The notes below the pieces were generated by a model, which was given only the letters and a program-made list of their open reading frames with translations, ran no database searches and was not told the origin of the DNA. Both the position numbers and the translations under genes were made by a program. From the NCBI GenBank assembly GCA_048772705.1, contig JBLWGC010000187.1:1-15415 (forward strand): a stretch of DNA of 15,415 nucleotides, in the 5' to 3' direction. This document shows positions 1 to 7,284 of this stretch, one piece after another. Source of the DNA: Leidyana gryllorum EB-2025a (lineage: Eukaryota > Protista > Apicomplexa). How positions within the stretch are numbered: position 1 is the stretch's first letter; the number at the start of each line of letters is the position of its first letter.

Positions 1-19
1 CTGCAACTGTTGTGAGTCG

Positions 20-92
20 TCCACTGTAGTCTAAGTGGCTAGGATATGCGGCTTTCACCCGCATGATCCGGGTTCAAGTCCCGGCAGTGGAA
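20..92 (+). tRNA. trnE: tRNA-Glu(TTC)
   Basis: Acceptor TCCACTG/CAGTGGA, loop ctTTCac, T-arm CCGGG TTCAAGT CCCGG. Confidence 0.93.
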
Positions 93-152
93 ATCCAGCT
101 GAGTGTGCTTGTAGGCAACAGTTCCATTCTTACTTCCAGGGAAATAGATCCA

Positions 153-225
153 CACCGCCCGCGGGGCTCGAACCCGCGACTGCGAGATTAAGAGTCTTGC
201 GCTCTACCGACTGAGCTAGGGCGGC
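153..225 (-). tRNA. trnK: tRNA-Lys(CTT), one anticodon-stem mismatch
   Basis: rc GCCGCCC..caaga ctCTTaa tctcg..GGTTCGAGCCC..GGGCGGTG. Confidence 0.88.
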
Positions 226-291
226 AGGAAACCACGGACACAAAACTCGATAGCTTGACATCTAAAGTGGCTTTGGTACCCACCAGCCCCA

Positions 292-363
292 CTCCGGGTC
301 GTCTAGTGCTTACAAGAGCAAGTTGTGGCGGTGCATACCCAGGCCCAAATCCTGGCTTCGATA
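292..363 (+). pseudogene. tRNA-His(GTG) pseudogene
   Basis: TCGTCTAGTG D region, ttGTGgc loop, T stem CCAGG/CCTGG with mutated loop CCCAAAT. Confidence 0.6.
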
Positions 364-479
364 GTATGTCCCCGATGTCTCGTGGGAGATGTAGGTGAAG
401 TTTGTCCGAACCCACGACCGGGCGTAGCTGCCCTCCTCTCTTGATCGCTACACACTTTCATTTGACGGCTCCGTTAGTC

Positions 480-541
480 GGCGCTATGGCCTAATGGATA
501 TGGCATCGGTCTACGGAACTGGGGATTCTGGGTTCGAGTCC
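480..541 (+). pseudogene. tRNA-Arg(ACG), 3'-truncated at a rearrangement junction
   Basis: GGCGCTATGGCCTAATGG..ctACGga..GGTTCGAGTCC, then switches to sequence matching ~15209 onward. Confidence 0.85.
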
Positions 542-699
542 ATTAGGCCACCGCACCATAGACAAGCTTCGGTCATCTCGATACTAGTTGGGTGTAAGAG
601 GAGACAGCTTGGGGCAGCTCGGTGGATGGGTTGCGAATGCGGTTGTGCCGCAATGCATAGCGCGTTGCCCTCCTAAGGCGAAGGTTGAGGATTCGGGTC
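540..699. repeat. Near-identical direct copy of ~15209-15368
   Basis: CATTAGGCCACCGCACCATAGACAAGCTTCGG...GAGGATTCGGGTC. Confidence 0.92.
639..699 (+). pseudogene. tRNA-Arg(CCT) pseudogene, 3'-truncated
   Basis: ttgcc ctCCTaa ggcga; copy of 15308-15380 lacking the 3' acceptor strand. Confidence 0.75.
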
Positions 700-837
700 A
701 GGAATGGAGATTCAGCACCTTCGAGCGTTTCAGGTCATCTTCAGAGCACCCGCTGCCATCGAAATAACCCGTCTGCGATTCCCGACAGATGCAAAATGAT
801 AGCATGATGAGTTTGTCGGCGCTTCCGATTCCTACCG

Positions 838-910
838 TGGGAGTAGCGAGGGTTGAACTCTCGACTTCAGGATTATGAGACCTGCGCGCTACCGACTGCG
901 CTGCACTCGC
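838..910 (-). tRNA. trnM: tRNA-Met(CAT), elongator type, degenerate (possibly pseudogene)
   Basis: rc caggt ctCATaa tcctg, GAGTTCAACC T-loop; U8->C and stem mismatches. Confidence 0.7.
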
Positions 911-1247
911 TAGTGAAACTTTTCTCGATGCATCTCCTCCCGCCAAAAGGGTGCAGGGGGATGCTCCATCAACAACACACCCGCCTAGTTGGGCCGGCGC
1001 TCGACCGCGAACTTGGAACTTATTAGGCTCACCCTTTTAAGTGGCCGAAAATACGCAGAGTTGAGGTAAACACTCACTGGACCAAGTAGCCGACTGATGT
1101 GCTCAGCAAAACCACTATGATTGGCCTTTCTCCACCCCGCCAAGCAATCATTCCAGAGCCAAATACTGACATTTAGAAGGAGCTATACCTACATCACTAA
1201 CAGTTCGCACGTGGTCCCCGAGGGAAGGTGAAGTCAGTTACACTCTC

Positions 1248-1329
1248 GGCAAGGTGGCCGAGTGGTTAAGACGGCGGCCTGCTAAGCCGTTGGGTTTCAC
1301 CCACGTGAGTTCTAGTCTCAGCGTTGTCC
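1248..1329 (+). pseudogene. tRNA-Ser(GCT), degenerate
   Basis: gcggc ctGCTaa gccgt, long variable arm; T-loop TTCTAGT and stem mismatches. Confidence 0.8.
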
Positions 1330-1523
1330 GTGGCACGCGGGGAGAGCGCAACTGCTTCAGAGGATCAACCTCAGATGTTCATTAGTGGCAATTCAAGCTC
1401 TTCAGCTCAGAAGTGCGACTCAGATCCCGGGGTGGTCCAAGGTGACACCCTGGATATCGATCCAATACCGCCGCAAGCAAAGGCACGAGGTTCCCGAACC
1501 GGTTCCTTGTGTCTCGCAGAAGT

Positions 1524-1597
1524 GGTCGCGGAGCTCAGTCGGTTAGAGCGTGAGCCTAATAAGCTCAAGGTCCCCGGTTCGAGCCCGGGCGTGACCA
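1524..1597 (+). tRNA. trnI: tRNA-Ile(AAT), U8->G variant
   Basis: GGTCGCG/CGTGACC, tgagc ctAATaa gctca, GGTTCGAGCC. Confidence 0.85.
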
Positions 1598-1774
1598 ACC
1601 GAGTGGATCTGTGATACACAGTTGCCTCCGACCCGAAGAAGCCCCAACATTCTACGACGAATACGGATGGAATCAGTTACTAAGTTCGACAGTTGCCAAC
1701 TTGCCGAGTGGGGAAGGGGAGACACCAACTCAAGCGTGAATCCCTGGAATGGTGGGAAAACAAACGGTGTCCTG

Positions 1775-1845
1775 TGCATCTGCCGGGAATCGAACCCGGA
1801 TCGTCTCGATCGCAACGAGACATTCTACCACTAGACCACAGATGC
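1775..1845 (-). tRNA. Gly-body tRNA with GCG (Arg-type) anticodon
   Basis: rc matches the Gly(GCC) copies but the loop is ttGCGat (plus strand CGC at 1811-1813); all stems intact. Confidence 0.85.
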
Positions 1846-1965
1846 ATAATATCTTATTGAGCTAGTCGCCCGCTGTGCAGACCTCATAGCATTCCGCGGT
1901 TTTCGCCCTTCATCAGATACCTCTTTCCAGAGACACACGCCCCTTTCACAGTCCGAAAGCTCGGT

Positions 1966-2038
1966 GCAGCCATGGTCTAGTGACTACGACGTCTGCTTCA
2001 CACGCAGAAGGTCCCGAGTTCGATCCTCGGCGGCTGTA
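1966..2038 (+). tRNA. trnV: tRNA-Val(CAC), D-loop GG mutated
   Basis: tctgc ttCACac gcaga; GAGTTCGATCC; A7:C66 mismatch. Confidence 0.78.
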
Positions 2039-2086
2039 GCTCGAATACGTGAAGTGAGCTCCACCAAAAGCGAAGAAACGTGCTGT

Positions 2087-2122
2087 CTCCGAGACAGGGC
2101 ATCGAACCCGAGTCGTCCGCGT
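2087..2122 (-). pseudogene. tRNA-Asp 3' fragment
   Basis: CTCCGAGAC..ATCGAACCCG..CCGCGT matches Asp copies; 5' half deleted. Confidence 0.65.
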
Positions 2123-2198
2123 CTTCAACCCGCCAGTCTTTCCATTCTCGAGATCCCACGGACGGAAAAAGTGTAGAGCGGCGAGCCAAAAACACTCC

Positions 2199-2278
2199 GG
2201 CAAGATGGCCGAGTGGTCTAAGGCGCTGTGCTGATGCCGCAGTCCGAAAGGGCATGGGTTCGAATCCCACTCTTGTCA
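2199..2278 (+). tRNA. Leu-body tRNA with GAT (Ile-type) anticodon
   Basis: Differs from intact Leu(AAG) 13426-13505 at only 4 sites, 3 of them in the anticodon loop (ctGATgc). Confidence 0.82.
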
Positions 2279-2314
2279 GGTTGCGCCCCATACGGGAAGA
2301 ACATGAGGTCTGAT

Positions 2315-2382
2315 TGAGTGATTGCAAAACTCAATTTTTAAGCTGCTGGAGTCAGACGCGTTTTCCGTTGCGCAATGGGCCC
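2315..2382 (-). pseudogene. tRNA-Trp(CCA) pseudogene
   Basis: CTGGAGTCAGACGCG..CCGTTGCGC..GGCCC homologous to 7693-7764; 3' half decayed. Confidence 0.7.
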
Positions 2383-2443
2383 ACAACCATCCCTCGTTCC
2401 AGATTCATTGCCTTGTGGTCTTCGACCGTTTCAGCCCATCTTC

Positions 2444-2515
2444 AGGGCACGCGCGGAGTTGAACCACGGACTTGCTGATCTGCAGTCAGCTGCTGTACCA
2501 CTGAGCTACGTACCC
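2444..2515 (-). tRNA. trnC: tRNA-Cys(GCA)
   Basis: rc GGGTACG/CGTGCCC, gctga ctGCAga tcagc, U73; one D-stem mismatch. Confidence 0.85.
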
Positions 2516-2769
2516 ACGGATTGCCCCTCATACTCGCTCAACTCGATTCTGTCTTCTTATTTGAAGCAAAACGGCCGTTATTGTGCACGTGCTTGAACAA
2601 TAACGTGTCACGCATCTGTGGCCTAGACCAGCCCGTCTGATAGTTGTTGACTCAATGCCACGTCTCTCCAAGGTCGCCTAAGATACTCGGCTCCCACCCG
2701 TACAATCCCGGATGACGTCCAGACCAGCTGAAACAAAATCTGAGTTGCAGCAGTTGTGAGGGCTGGATG

Positions 2770-2841
2770 CTCCAAGACCGGGAATCTAACCCGGGTCTTC
2801 CGCGTGACAGGGGGAAATACTGACCACTACTTCATCTCGGA
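2770..2841 (-). pseudogene. tRNA-Asp(GTC) pseudogene
   Basis: Asp body with T-loop TTAGATT and a disrupted D arm. Confidence 0.8.
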
Positions 2842-2937
2842 CGCTCGTCAACACGCCGGCCTTCAGCCTCAGACGTCTTACCAGTTTCGAGATTCCACGG
2901 ACAGGAAACGCGTGGAGCGGCGAGCCAACAACACTCC

Positions 2938-3017
2938 GGCAACATGGCCGAGTGGTCTGAAGCGGTGTGTTCAGGCCGCAGTTCCAAATCGCCTGGGCTC
3001 GAATCCCACGCTTGTCA
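2938..3017 (+). pseudogene. tRNA-Leu(CAG) pseudogene
   Basis: ttCAGgc loop; variable arm and T-loop (CTCGAAT) mutated. Confidence 0.8.
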
Positions 3018-3131
3018 TGTCACTGTGTTGGTGCGCGCCGCAGTCGAGAGATTGGTCATACTATGTCAAAAACCACGGAATGCTATGAGGTCTGCGCAGC
3101 GGGCGCGGGGACTAGCTCAACAAGGTATTAC

Positions 3132-3202
3132 GCATCTGTGGTCTAGTGGTAGAATGTTTCGTTGCCATCGAGACGACCCGGGTTCGATTCCCGGCAGATG
3201 CA
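3132..3202 (+). tRNA. trnG: tRNA-Gly(GCC)
   Basis: GCATCTG/CAGATGC, ttGCCat, GGTTCGATTCC; TTTT shortly downstream. Confidence 0.93.
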
Positions 3203-3405
3203 GAAGACACATGTTTGTTTTAGTGAATCCATTCCAGGGATTCACCGCTTGAGTTGGTGTCTGACCCTTCCAATCACATCGCACGACAACTGCTGGATTT
3301 GAATCCGCACGCCGACCTGCGTTGCCCGCCTTCAACCTGAGAGTCTTTCCATTCTCGAGATTCCGGGGACGGGAAACGCGTGGAGCGGCCAGCCAACAAC
3401 ACTCC

Positions 3406-3485
3406 GGCAAGAAGGCCGAGTTGTCTGAAGCGCTGTGTTCAGGCCGCAGCCCGAAAGGGCGTGAGCTCGAATCTCGTTCTCGGCA
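3406..3485 (+). pseudogene. tRNA-Leu(CAG) pseudogene
   Basis: ctgtg ttCAGgc cgcag; A and B boxes mutated. Confidence 0.78.
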
Positions 3486-3543
3486 GCCGTTGTATGGGCG
3501 CTTGGTCAGCCACTGAATGCGATAGCCCCTCATCTGTGCGTCT

Positions 3544-3616
3544 GGGCGGCTAGCTCAGATGGTAGAGCGCTCGCTTTGCATGCGAGAGGTACTGAGATCG
3601 ATACCCAGGTCGTCCA
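3544..3616 (+). tRNA. trnA: tRNA-Ala(TGC)
   Basis: G3:U70, ctcgc ttTGCat gcgag, eukaryotic Ala T-loop ATCGATA; one T-stem mismatch. Confidence 0.85.
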
Positions 3617-3693
3617 AACTCCATGCAACTTTGGCTGCAGAGAAACAGCTGGAGTGTTTCGTCCAGTGGCTGACCGAGTGCCGATACCATGGC

Positions 3694-3776
3694 TGACAAG
3701 CCTGGGATCCGAACCCACGGGGCCCGTTCGGACTGCGACCTGCACACAGGGCCTTCGAGCACCCGGCCATCTTGCC
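3694..3776 (-). pseudogene. tRNA-Leu(CAG) pseudogene
   Basis: rc GGCAAGATGGCC..tgCAGgt..GGTTCGGATCC..CTTGTCA; many substitutions. Confidence 0.78.
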
Positions 3777-3870
3777 GGGATGTTGTTGGCTCGCCGCTCC
3801 ACGCGTTTTCTATCCCTGGAATCTCAAGATGGAAGGACTTTTGGGGTTTCAGGCCGGTGTGTTCGGAGCG

Positions 3871-3941
3871 TCCGAGATAGTATATGGTTAGTATTTCCGC
3901 CTGTCACGCGGAAGACCCGAGTTCGATTCCCGGTCTCGGAG
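3871..3941 (+). tRNA. trnD: tRNA-Asp(GTC), 1-nt D-loop deletion
   Basis: TCCGAGA/TCTCGGA, tccgc ctGTCac gcgga; T-stem mismatch. Confidence 0.78.
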
Positions 3942-3996
3942 CACAGTTGATCTCGCTTAAGATTGTCTTTTTTGGTGGCCGCTGAAAGTTGCGAGC

Positions 3997-4068
3997 TACA
4001 GCCACCGAGGATCGAATTCGGGACCTTCGCGTGTTAAGCAGACGTCGTAACCACTAGATGATGGCTGC
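3997..4068 (-). pseudogene. tRNA-Val(AAC) pseudogene
   Basis: rc ttAACac loop; 1-nt anticodon-stem deletion; A-box and B-box substitutions. Confidence 0.78.
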
Positions 4069-4132
4069 ATGGATGGTCCCCGCAGCCCAAGAGAAGTGGC
4101 GAAGCTTCAGGGAGTAGTGAGGACCAGTTCAA

Positions 4133-4202
4133 GGGTCGCGCCGGGATCGAACCCAGGTCGGAAAATGCAAAGTGTCGAGTGCTAACCACCAAGGACGCAA
4201 CC
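4133..4202 (-). pseudogene. tRNA-Gln(TTG) pseudogene (uninterrupted paralog of the split Gln at 9323-10038)
   Basis: rc GGTTGCG..GGTTAGCACT..ctTTGca..GGGTTCGATCC..CGCGACC. Confidence 0.75.
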
Positions 4203-4359
4203 GGTTCAGCCCATCCCAGAAGAGTCGGACTAGCGCTTCCTCAACTAGACACATGCAACACGGGTCTTGTATACAGACCCCAGCGTAAAGAGTTGGATTC
4301 GAGTCGGGCAAAAACCTCAGTTCAATCATTCAACCAGTTGCGCTCTACCCGAATGCTAC

Positions 4360-4439
4360 CGACAAGGGTGAGATTCGAACTCACGGGTGCAACCCAACGG
4401 CTTAGCAGGCCGCCGCCTTAACCACTCGGCCACCTTGCC
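4360..4439 (-). tRNA. trnS: tRNA-Ser(GCT), variable arm 2 nt shorter
   Basis: rc GGCAAGG/CCTTGTC, ctGCTaa, GAGTTCGAATCTC. Confidence 0.82.
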
Positions 4440-4548
4440 GACGACATCTCTTACTCGCTGGCACTTTTTCACAACGGTTTGGGGTCCTAGTCAAGCTTGC
4501 TGAACCGTATGTGACATCACTGGCCGCAAAATGCCGAGTTCGACAGGT

Positions 4549-4630
4549 GGCAACTTGCCCGAGTGGTTAAGGGGGTAGACTCGAAATCTACTGGGCCTGG
4601 CCCGCGCTGGTTCAAATCCAGCAGTTGTCG
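4549..4630 (+). tRNA. trnS: tRNA-Ser(CGA)
   Basis: GGCAACT/AGTTGTC, gtaga ctCGAaa tctac, long variable arm, G73. Confidence 0.93.
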
Positions 4631-4706
4631 TGTGATGTGATTGGAGGGTCAGACACCAACTGAAGCATGAATTTCTGGAATGATGGAAAAACAACAATGT
4701 GTCCTC

Positions 4707-4777
4707 TGCATCTGCCGGGAATCGAACCCGGGTCGTCTCGATGGCAACGAGACATCCTACCAGTAGACCACAGATGC
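4707..4777 (-). tRNA. trnG: tRNA-Gly(GCC), D-loop variant
   Basis: rc tctcg ttGCCat cgaga; G15->C. Confidence 0.85.
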
Positions 4778-4832
4778 GTGAGACCTCCATTCCTGACCAC
4801 CAAGTAATGAGTCTGGAGCGGGGGATGGTTTT

Positions 4833-4902
4833 GGGCCTATGGCCAACGTACCGCGTCTGACTCCAGATCAGAAGGTTGGGTTTTCGAATCACTATGGGCT
4901 CA
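4833..4902 (+). pseudogene. tRNA-Trp(CCA) pseudogene
   Basis: tctga ctCCAga tcaga; D-arm deletions, G53->T. Confidence 0.8.
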
Positions 4903-4939
4903 ATCAGACTCTTTTGTTTTTCCCGTGTGAGGCTCAACC

Positions 4940-5018
4940 TGAAAAGAGTGGGATTTGGACCCACGCCCTTTCGAACTGCGACTTGAATACAGCGCCTAGA
5001 CCCCTCAGCCATCTTATC
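4940..5018 (-). pseudogene. tRNA-Leu(CAA) pseudogene
   Basis: rc ctgta ttCAAgt cgcag; T-loop TCCAAAT. Confidence 0.78.
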
Positions 5019-5106
5019 AGCTCGGTTCCTGTCCCGCTACTCCAAGCGTTCCCCGTCTGTTGAAGCTAGAAAATGGAAAAGCTGGGCTCTGAGGTTAGGC
5101 CGTGCC

Positions 5107-5146
5107 TCCGACATGGTATCAAAGTTATATTTCCGCCTGCCACGCC
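5107..5146 (+). pseudogene. tRNA-Asp 5' remnant
   Basis: TCCGACA..TATTTCCGCCTGCCACGC at the syntenic Asp position upstream of Leu. Confidence 0.55.
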
Positions 5147-5220
5147 AACTATCGGGTGGGTACCAGCTCTGAACGCATTCATTTCCAATCCCAATGGCTT
5201 CATACACTCTTTTATTTCTT

Positions 5221-5287
5221 GGTCGTGAATGGGTTAGCACTGGAGGCTTTGAATCTCCCGAGCTGGGTTCGATTCCCGGCGCGACTT
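5221..5287 (+). pseudogene. tRNA-Gln(TTG) pseudogene
   Basis: GGTTAGCACT ggagg ctTTGaa tctcc..GGGTTCGATTCCCGGCGCGAC; 5' end eroded. Confidence 0.78.
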
Positions 5288-5347
5288 CGCAACTAGTTCT
5301 ACTTCTTGAAACTTCGCAACTTCTCTTGGTTTCCGCAAAGCTTTCGT

Positions 5348-5415
5348 GCAGTCATGGTCTAGTGGTTATCTGCTTAACACGCAGAAGGTCCCGAGTTCGA
5401 TCCCAGGTGGCTGTA
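5348..5415 (+). pseudogene. tRNA-Val(AAC), 5-nt D-arm deletion
   Basis: tctgc ttAACac gcaga; lacks the CGACG present in other Val copies. Confidence 0.8.
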
Positions 5416-5470
5416 GCTCGCAACTTTCAGCGAGAACCAAAGGAGAGAATCTCAAGGGAAACCAACTGTG

Positions 5471-5542
5471 CTCCGAGACCGGGAAGCGAACCCGGGTCTT
5501 CCGCGTGACAGGCAGAAATACTAACCACTAGACTATCTCGGA
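5471..5542 (-). tRNA. trnD: tRNA-Asp(GTC), A58->C variant
   Basis: Full Asp body; T-loop TTCGCTT. Confidence 0.75.
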
Positions 5543-5676
5543 CGCCCTGAACACGCCGGCCTCCAACCCCAAGAGTCCTTCCATTTTGTTGTGCAGACCC
5601 CCTCGCATTTTGTTGATTCTCAACATAGTATGACCACTCTCGCGACTGTGCTCACCGCGTTGCACGACCGACAGGC

Positions 5677-5748
5677 GGCTGTTTGGTCTAGTGGTATGAT
5701 TCTTCCTTCGGGTGGAAGAAGTCCTGGGTTCGATTCCTAGAACGGCCC
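5677..5748 (+). tRNA. trnP: tRNA-Pro(CGG)
   Basis: GGCTGTT/AACGGCC, cttcc ttCGGgt ggaag, GGTTCGATTCC. Confidence 0.92.
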
Positions 5749-5829
5749 CGTTGGTTGTCGGGTGACCCGACGCTCCACCTCAGATCAAGAGGGTACGGCT
5801 CTCGGCTAAAGCTGCAGCTGAGGGAGTTG

Positions 5830-5902
5830 TCCACTGTAGTCTAAGTGGCTAGGATATGCGGCTTTCACCCGCACGATCCGGGTTCAAGTCCCGGCAGTGG
5901 AA
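5830..5902 (+). tRNA. trnE: tRNA-Glu(TTC)
   Basis: Near-identical to 20-92; intact cloverleaf. Confidence 0.93.
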
Positions 5903-5978
5903 GTCGTTGGACCATTCGAGCAAAGTGCTCCAGTAACCTCCGTCAATAGTGACTGATTCGTGATCTTTGGCTTGCATT

Positions 5979-6050
5979 GCCTTCTTATCTTAGGGGCAGA
6001 GCATTCGCTTAGTAAGCGAAAGGTCGCCGGTTCGATTCCGGCAGAAGGCT
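5979..6050 (+). tRNA. trnT: tRNA-Thr(AGT)
   Basis: GCCTTCT/AGAAGGC, ttcgc ttAGTaa gcgaa; G10->T in D stem. Confidence 0.85.
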
Positions 6051-6104
6051 CGACTGCATCGAATGGGCACCTGCAAGCTTATCGCAACTCCAATCATCGT
6101 AGCT

Positions 6105-6178
6105 GAGCCTCGTAGCTCAGCCATCAGAGTGTAAGTCTCTTAGCCACGAAGCCGCAGGTTTGGAACCTGCCAGTATCT
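6105..6178 (+). pseudogene. Highly decayed tRNA-Asn-derived pseudogene
   Basis: GTAGCTCAG..CGCAGGTTTGGAACCTGCCAG and upstream flank match Asn 14959-15032. Confidence 0.6.
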
Positions 6179-6193
6179 GACGCACCCACAGCG

Positions 6194-6264
6194 CTCTGTT
6201 TGGTCCAGTTATATATTCTTCCTTTGGGTGGAAGAAGTCCTGGGTTCGATTCCCAGAACAGCCC
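6194..6264 (+). pseudogene. tRNA-Pro(TGG) pseudogene
   Basis: cttcc ttTGGgt ggaag, intact 3' half; D loop decayed. Confidence 0.78.
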
Positions 6265-6402
6265 GTCTGATAGTTGTTGACTCAATGCCACGTCTCTCCA
6301 AGGTCGGTTTCTATACGCGGCTCCCACTCGTACAATCCCGGATGAAGTCCAGACCAGCTGAGACAAAATCTGAGTTGCAGCAGTTGTGAGGGGCTGGAAC
6401 TG

Positions 6403-6474
6403 CTCCGAGACCGGGAATCGAACCCGGGTCTTCCGCGTGACAGGCGAGAATACTAACCACTATACTATCTCGGA
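6403..6474 (-). tRNA. trnD: tRNA-Asp(GTC)
   Basis: Full Asp body; top of anticodon stem mismatched. Confidence 0.83.
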
Positions 6475-6565
6475 CGCTCTGAACACGCCGGCCTCCAATC
6501 CCAGAAGTCTTTCTATTTTGGCTCACGGACAAAGACCGCGTGGAGCGACGAACCAACAACACTGC

Positions 6566-6645
6566 GGCAAGATGGCCGAGTGGTCTAGGGCGCTGTGTTT
6601 AGCCCGCAGTCCTAAAGGGCGTGAGTTCGAATCCCACTCTTGTCA
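6566..6645 (+). tRNA. trnL: tRNA-Leu(TAG), degenerate
   Basis: ctgtg ttTAGcc cgcag on the shared Leu body; C37, T-stem mismatch. Confidence 0.75.
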
Positions 6646-6700
6646 GCCATTGTATCGGAATTCGGTCAGCCACTGGATGCAATTCCCATGTTGAACGCAT

Positions 6701-6773
6701 GGGCGGCTAGCTCAGATGGTGGAGCGATCGCTTTGCATGCGAGAGGTACGGGGATCGATACCCAGGTCGTCCA
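6701..6773 (+). tRNA. trnA: tRNA-Ala(TGC), stem mismatches
   Basis: Paralog of 3544-3616; G3:U70, ttTGCat. Confidence 0.78.
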
Positions 6774-6850
6774 AACTCCGTACGGCGGGATCTGCTGGTA
6801 TTTGAATACAGAGTTCCGATCTCTAAGAGAGAGGCGAATGCCGCAGATAC

Positions 6851-6924
6851 CAAAACTGCCAGGCTTCGAACCTGCGATTTTGTGGTGAACAGCCACACGC
6901 TTTGCCGACTGAGCTACAAGACTC
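6851..6924 (-). pseudogene. tRNA-Asn(GTT) pseudogene
   Basis: rc tgtgg ctGTTca ccaca; acceptor stem broken. Confidence 0.78.
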
Positions 6925-7101
6925 AGTTGCGATGTTCTTCTGAGCAAGGAAGAGTCATACCTTCAGACTAAACAGCTGCTACGGCACTCATGTGTGTCAA
7001 ATCACTCCGAATATCAAGAAACACATTTCCGCTTCCTTCATGATATCCGACGCTCAAGCGCGGTAAGTGCTTATTTTCACCGCCTTCCATGACTACCTAC
7101 C

Positions 7102-7174
7102 GCCTCGGTAGCTCAGTTGGGAGAGCGCCAGACTGAAGATCTGGAAGTCCCGTGTTCGATCCACGGCCGAGGCA
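7102..7174 (+). tRNA. trnF: tRNA-Phe(GAA)
   Basis: GCCTCGG/CCGAGGC, ccaga ctGAAga tctgg, GTGTTCGATCCAC. Confidence 0.95.
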
Positions 7175-7284
7175 AAGAGGTTGTGACATTCGGTGTCATT
7201 CCTCGCACCCGTGCGAGCCTTCTGCCCTCCATCAGATACCTGTTTCCAGAGACACACGCCGCTTTCACAGTCCGGAAGCTCCGT

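Larger units (their letters stand above)
20..540. repeat. Block Glu-Lys-His*-Arg, inverted copy at ~14370-14841
   Basis: Genes and spacers align in reverse complement. Confidence 0.9.
1248..1845. repeat. Block Ser(GCT)-Ile-Gly, inverted copy at ~7851-8555
   Basis: Shared gene order and spacers; this copy has deleted most of the Ser(NGA) gene. Confidence 0.85.
3745..4300. repeat. Block Leu-Asp-Val-Gln; direct copy at ~8948-9364 plus 10005-10165; inverted partial copies at ~5221-5587 and ~7280-7600
   Basis: Shared gene order and spacers. Confidence 0.85.
4490..5165. repeat. Block Ser-Gly-Trp-Leu-Asp*; direct copy at ~10757-11437; inverted copy at ~7575-8090
   Basis: Shared spacers and shared inactivating lesions. 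Confidence 0.9.
5630..5902. repeat. Block Pro-Glu, inverted copy at ~11629-11905
   Basis: Shared spacers. Confidence 0.85.

Noticed and set aside
838-910. Initiator tRNA-Met
   Set aside because: It lacks A1:U72, the three G-C anticodon-stem pairs and the ATCG T-loop, so it is elongator-like.
777-1035. Tiny Gly-like (777-793) and Ile-like (~1010-1035) fragments
   Set aside because: Too short or decayed to delimit as separate features.
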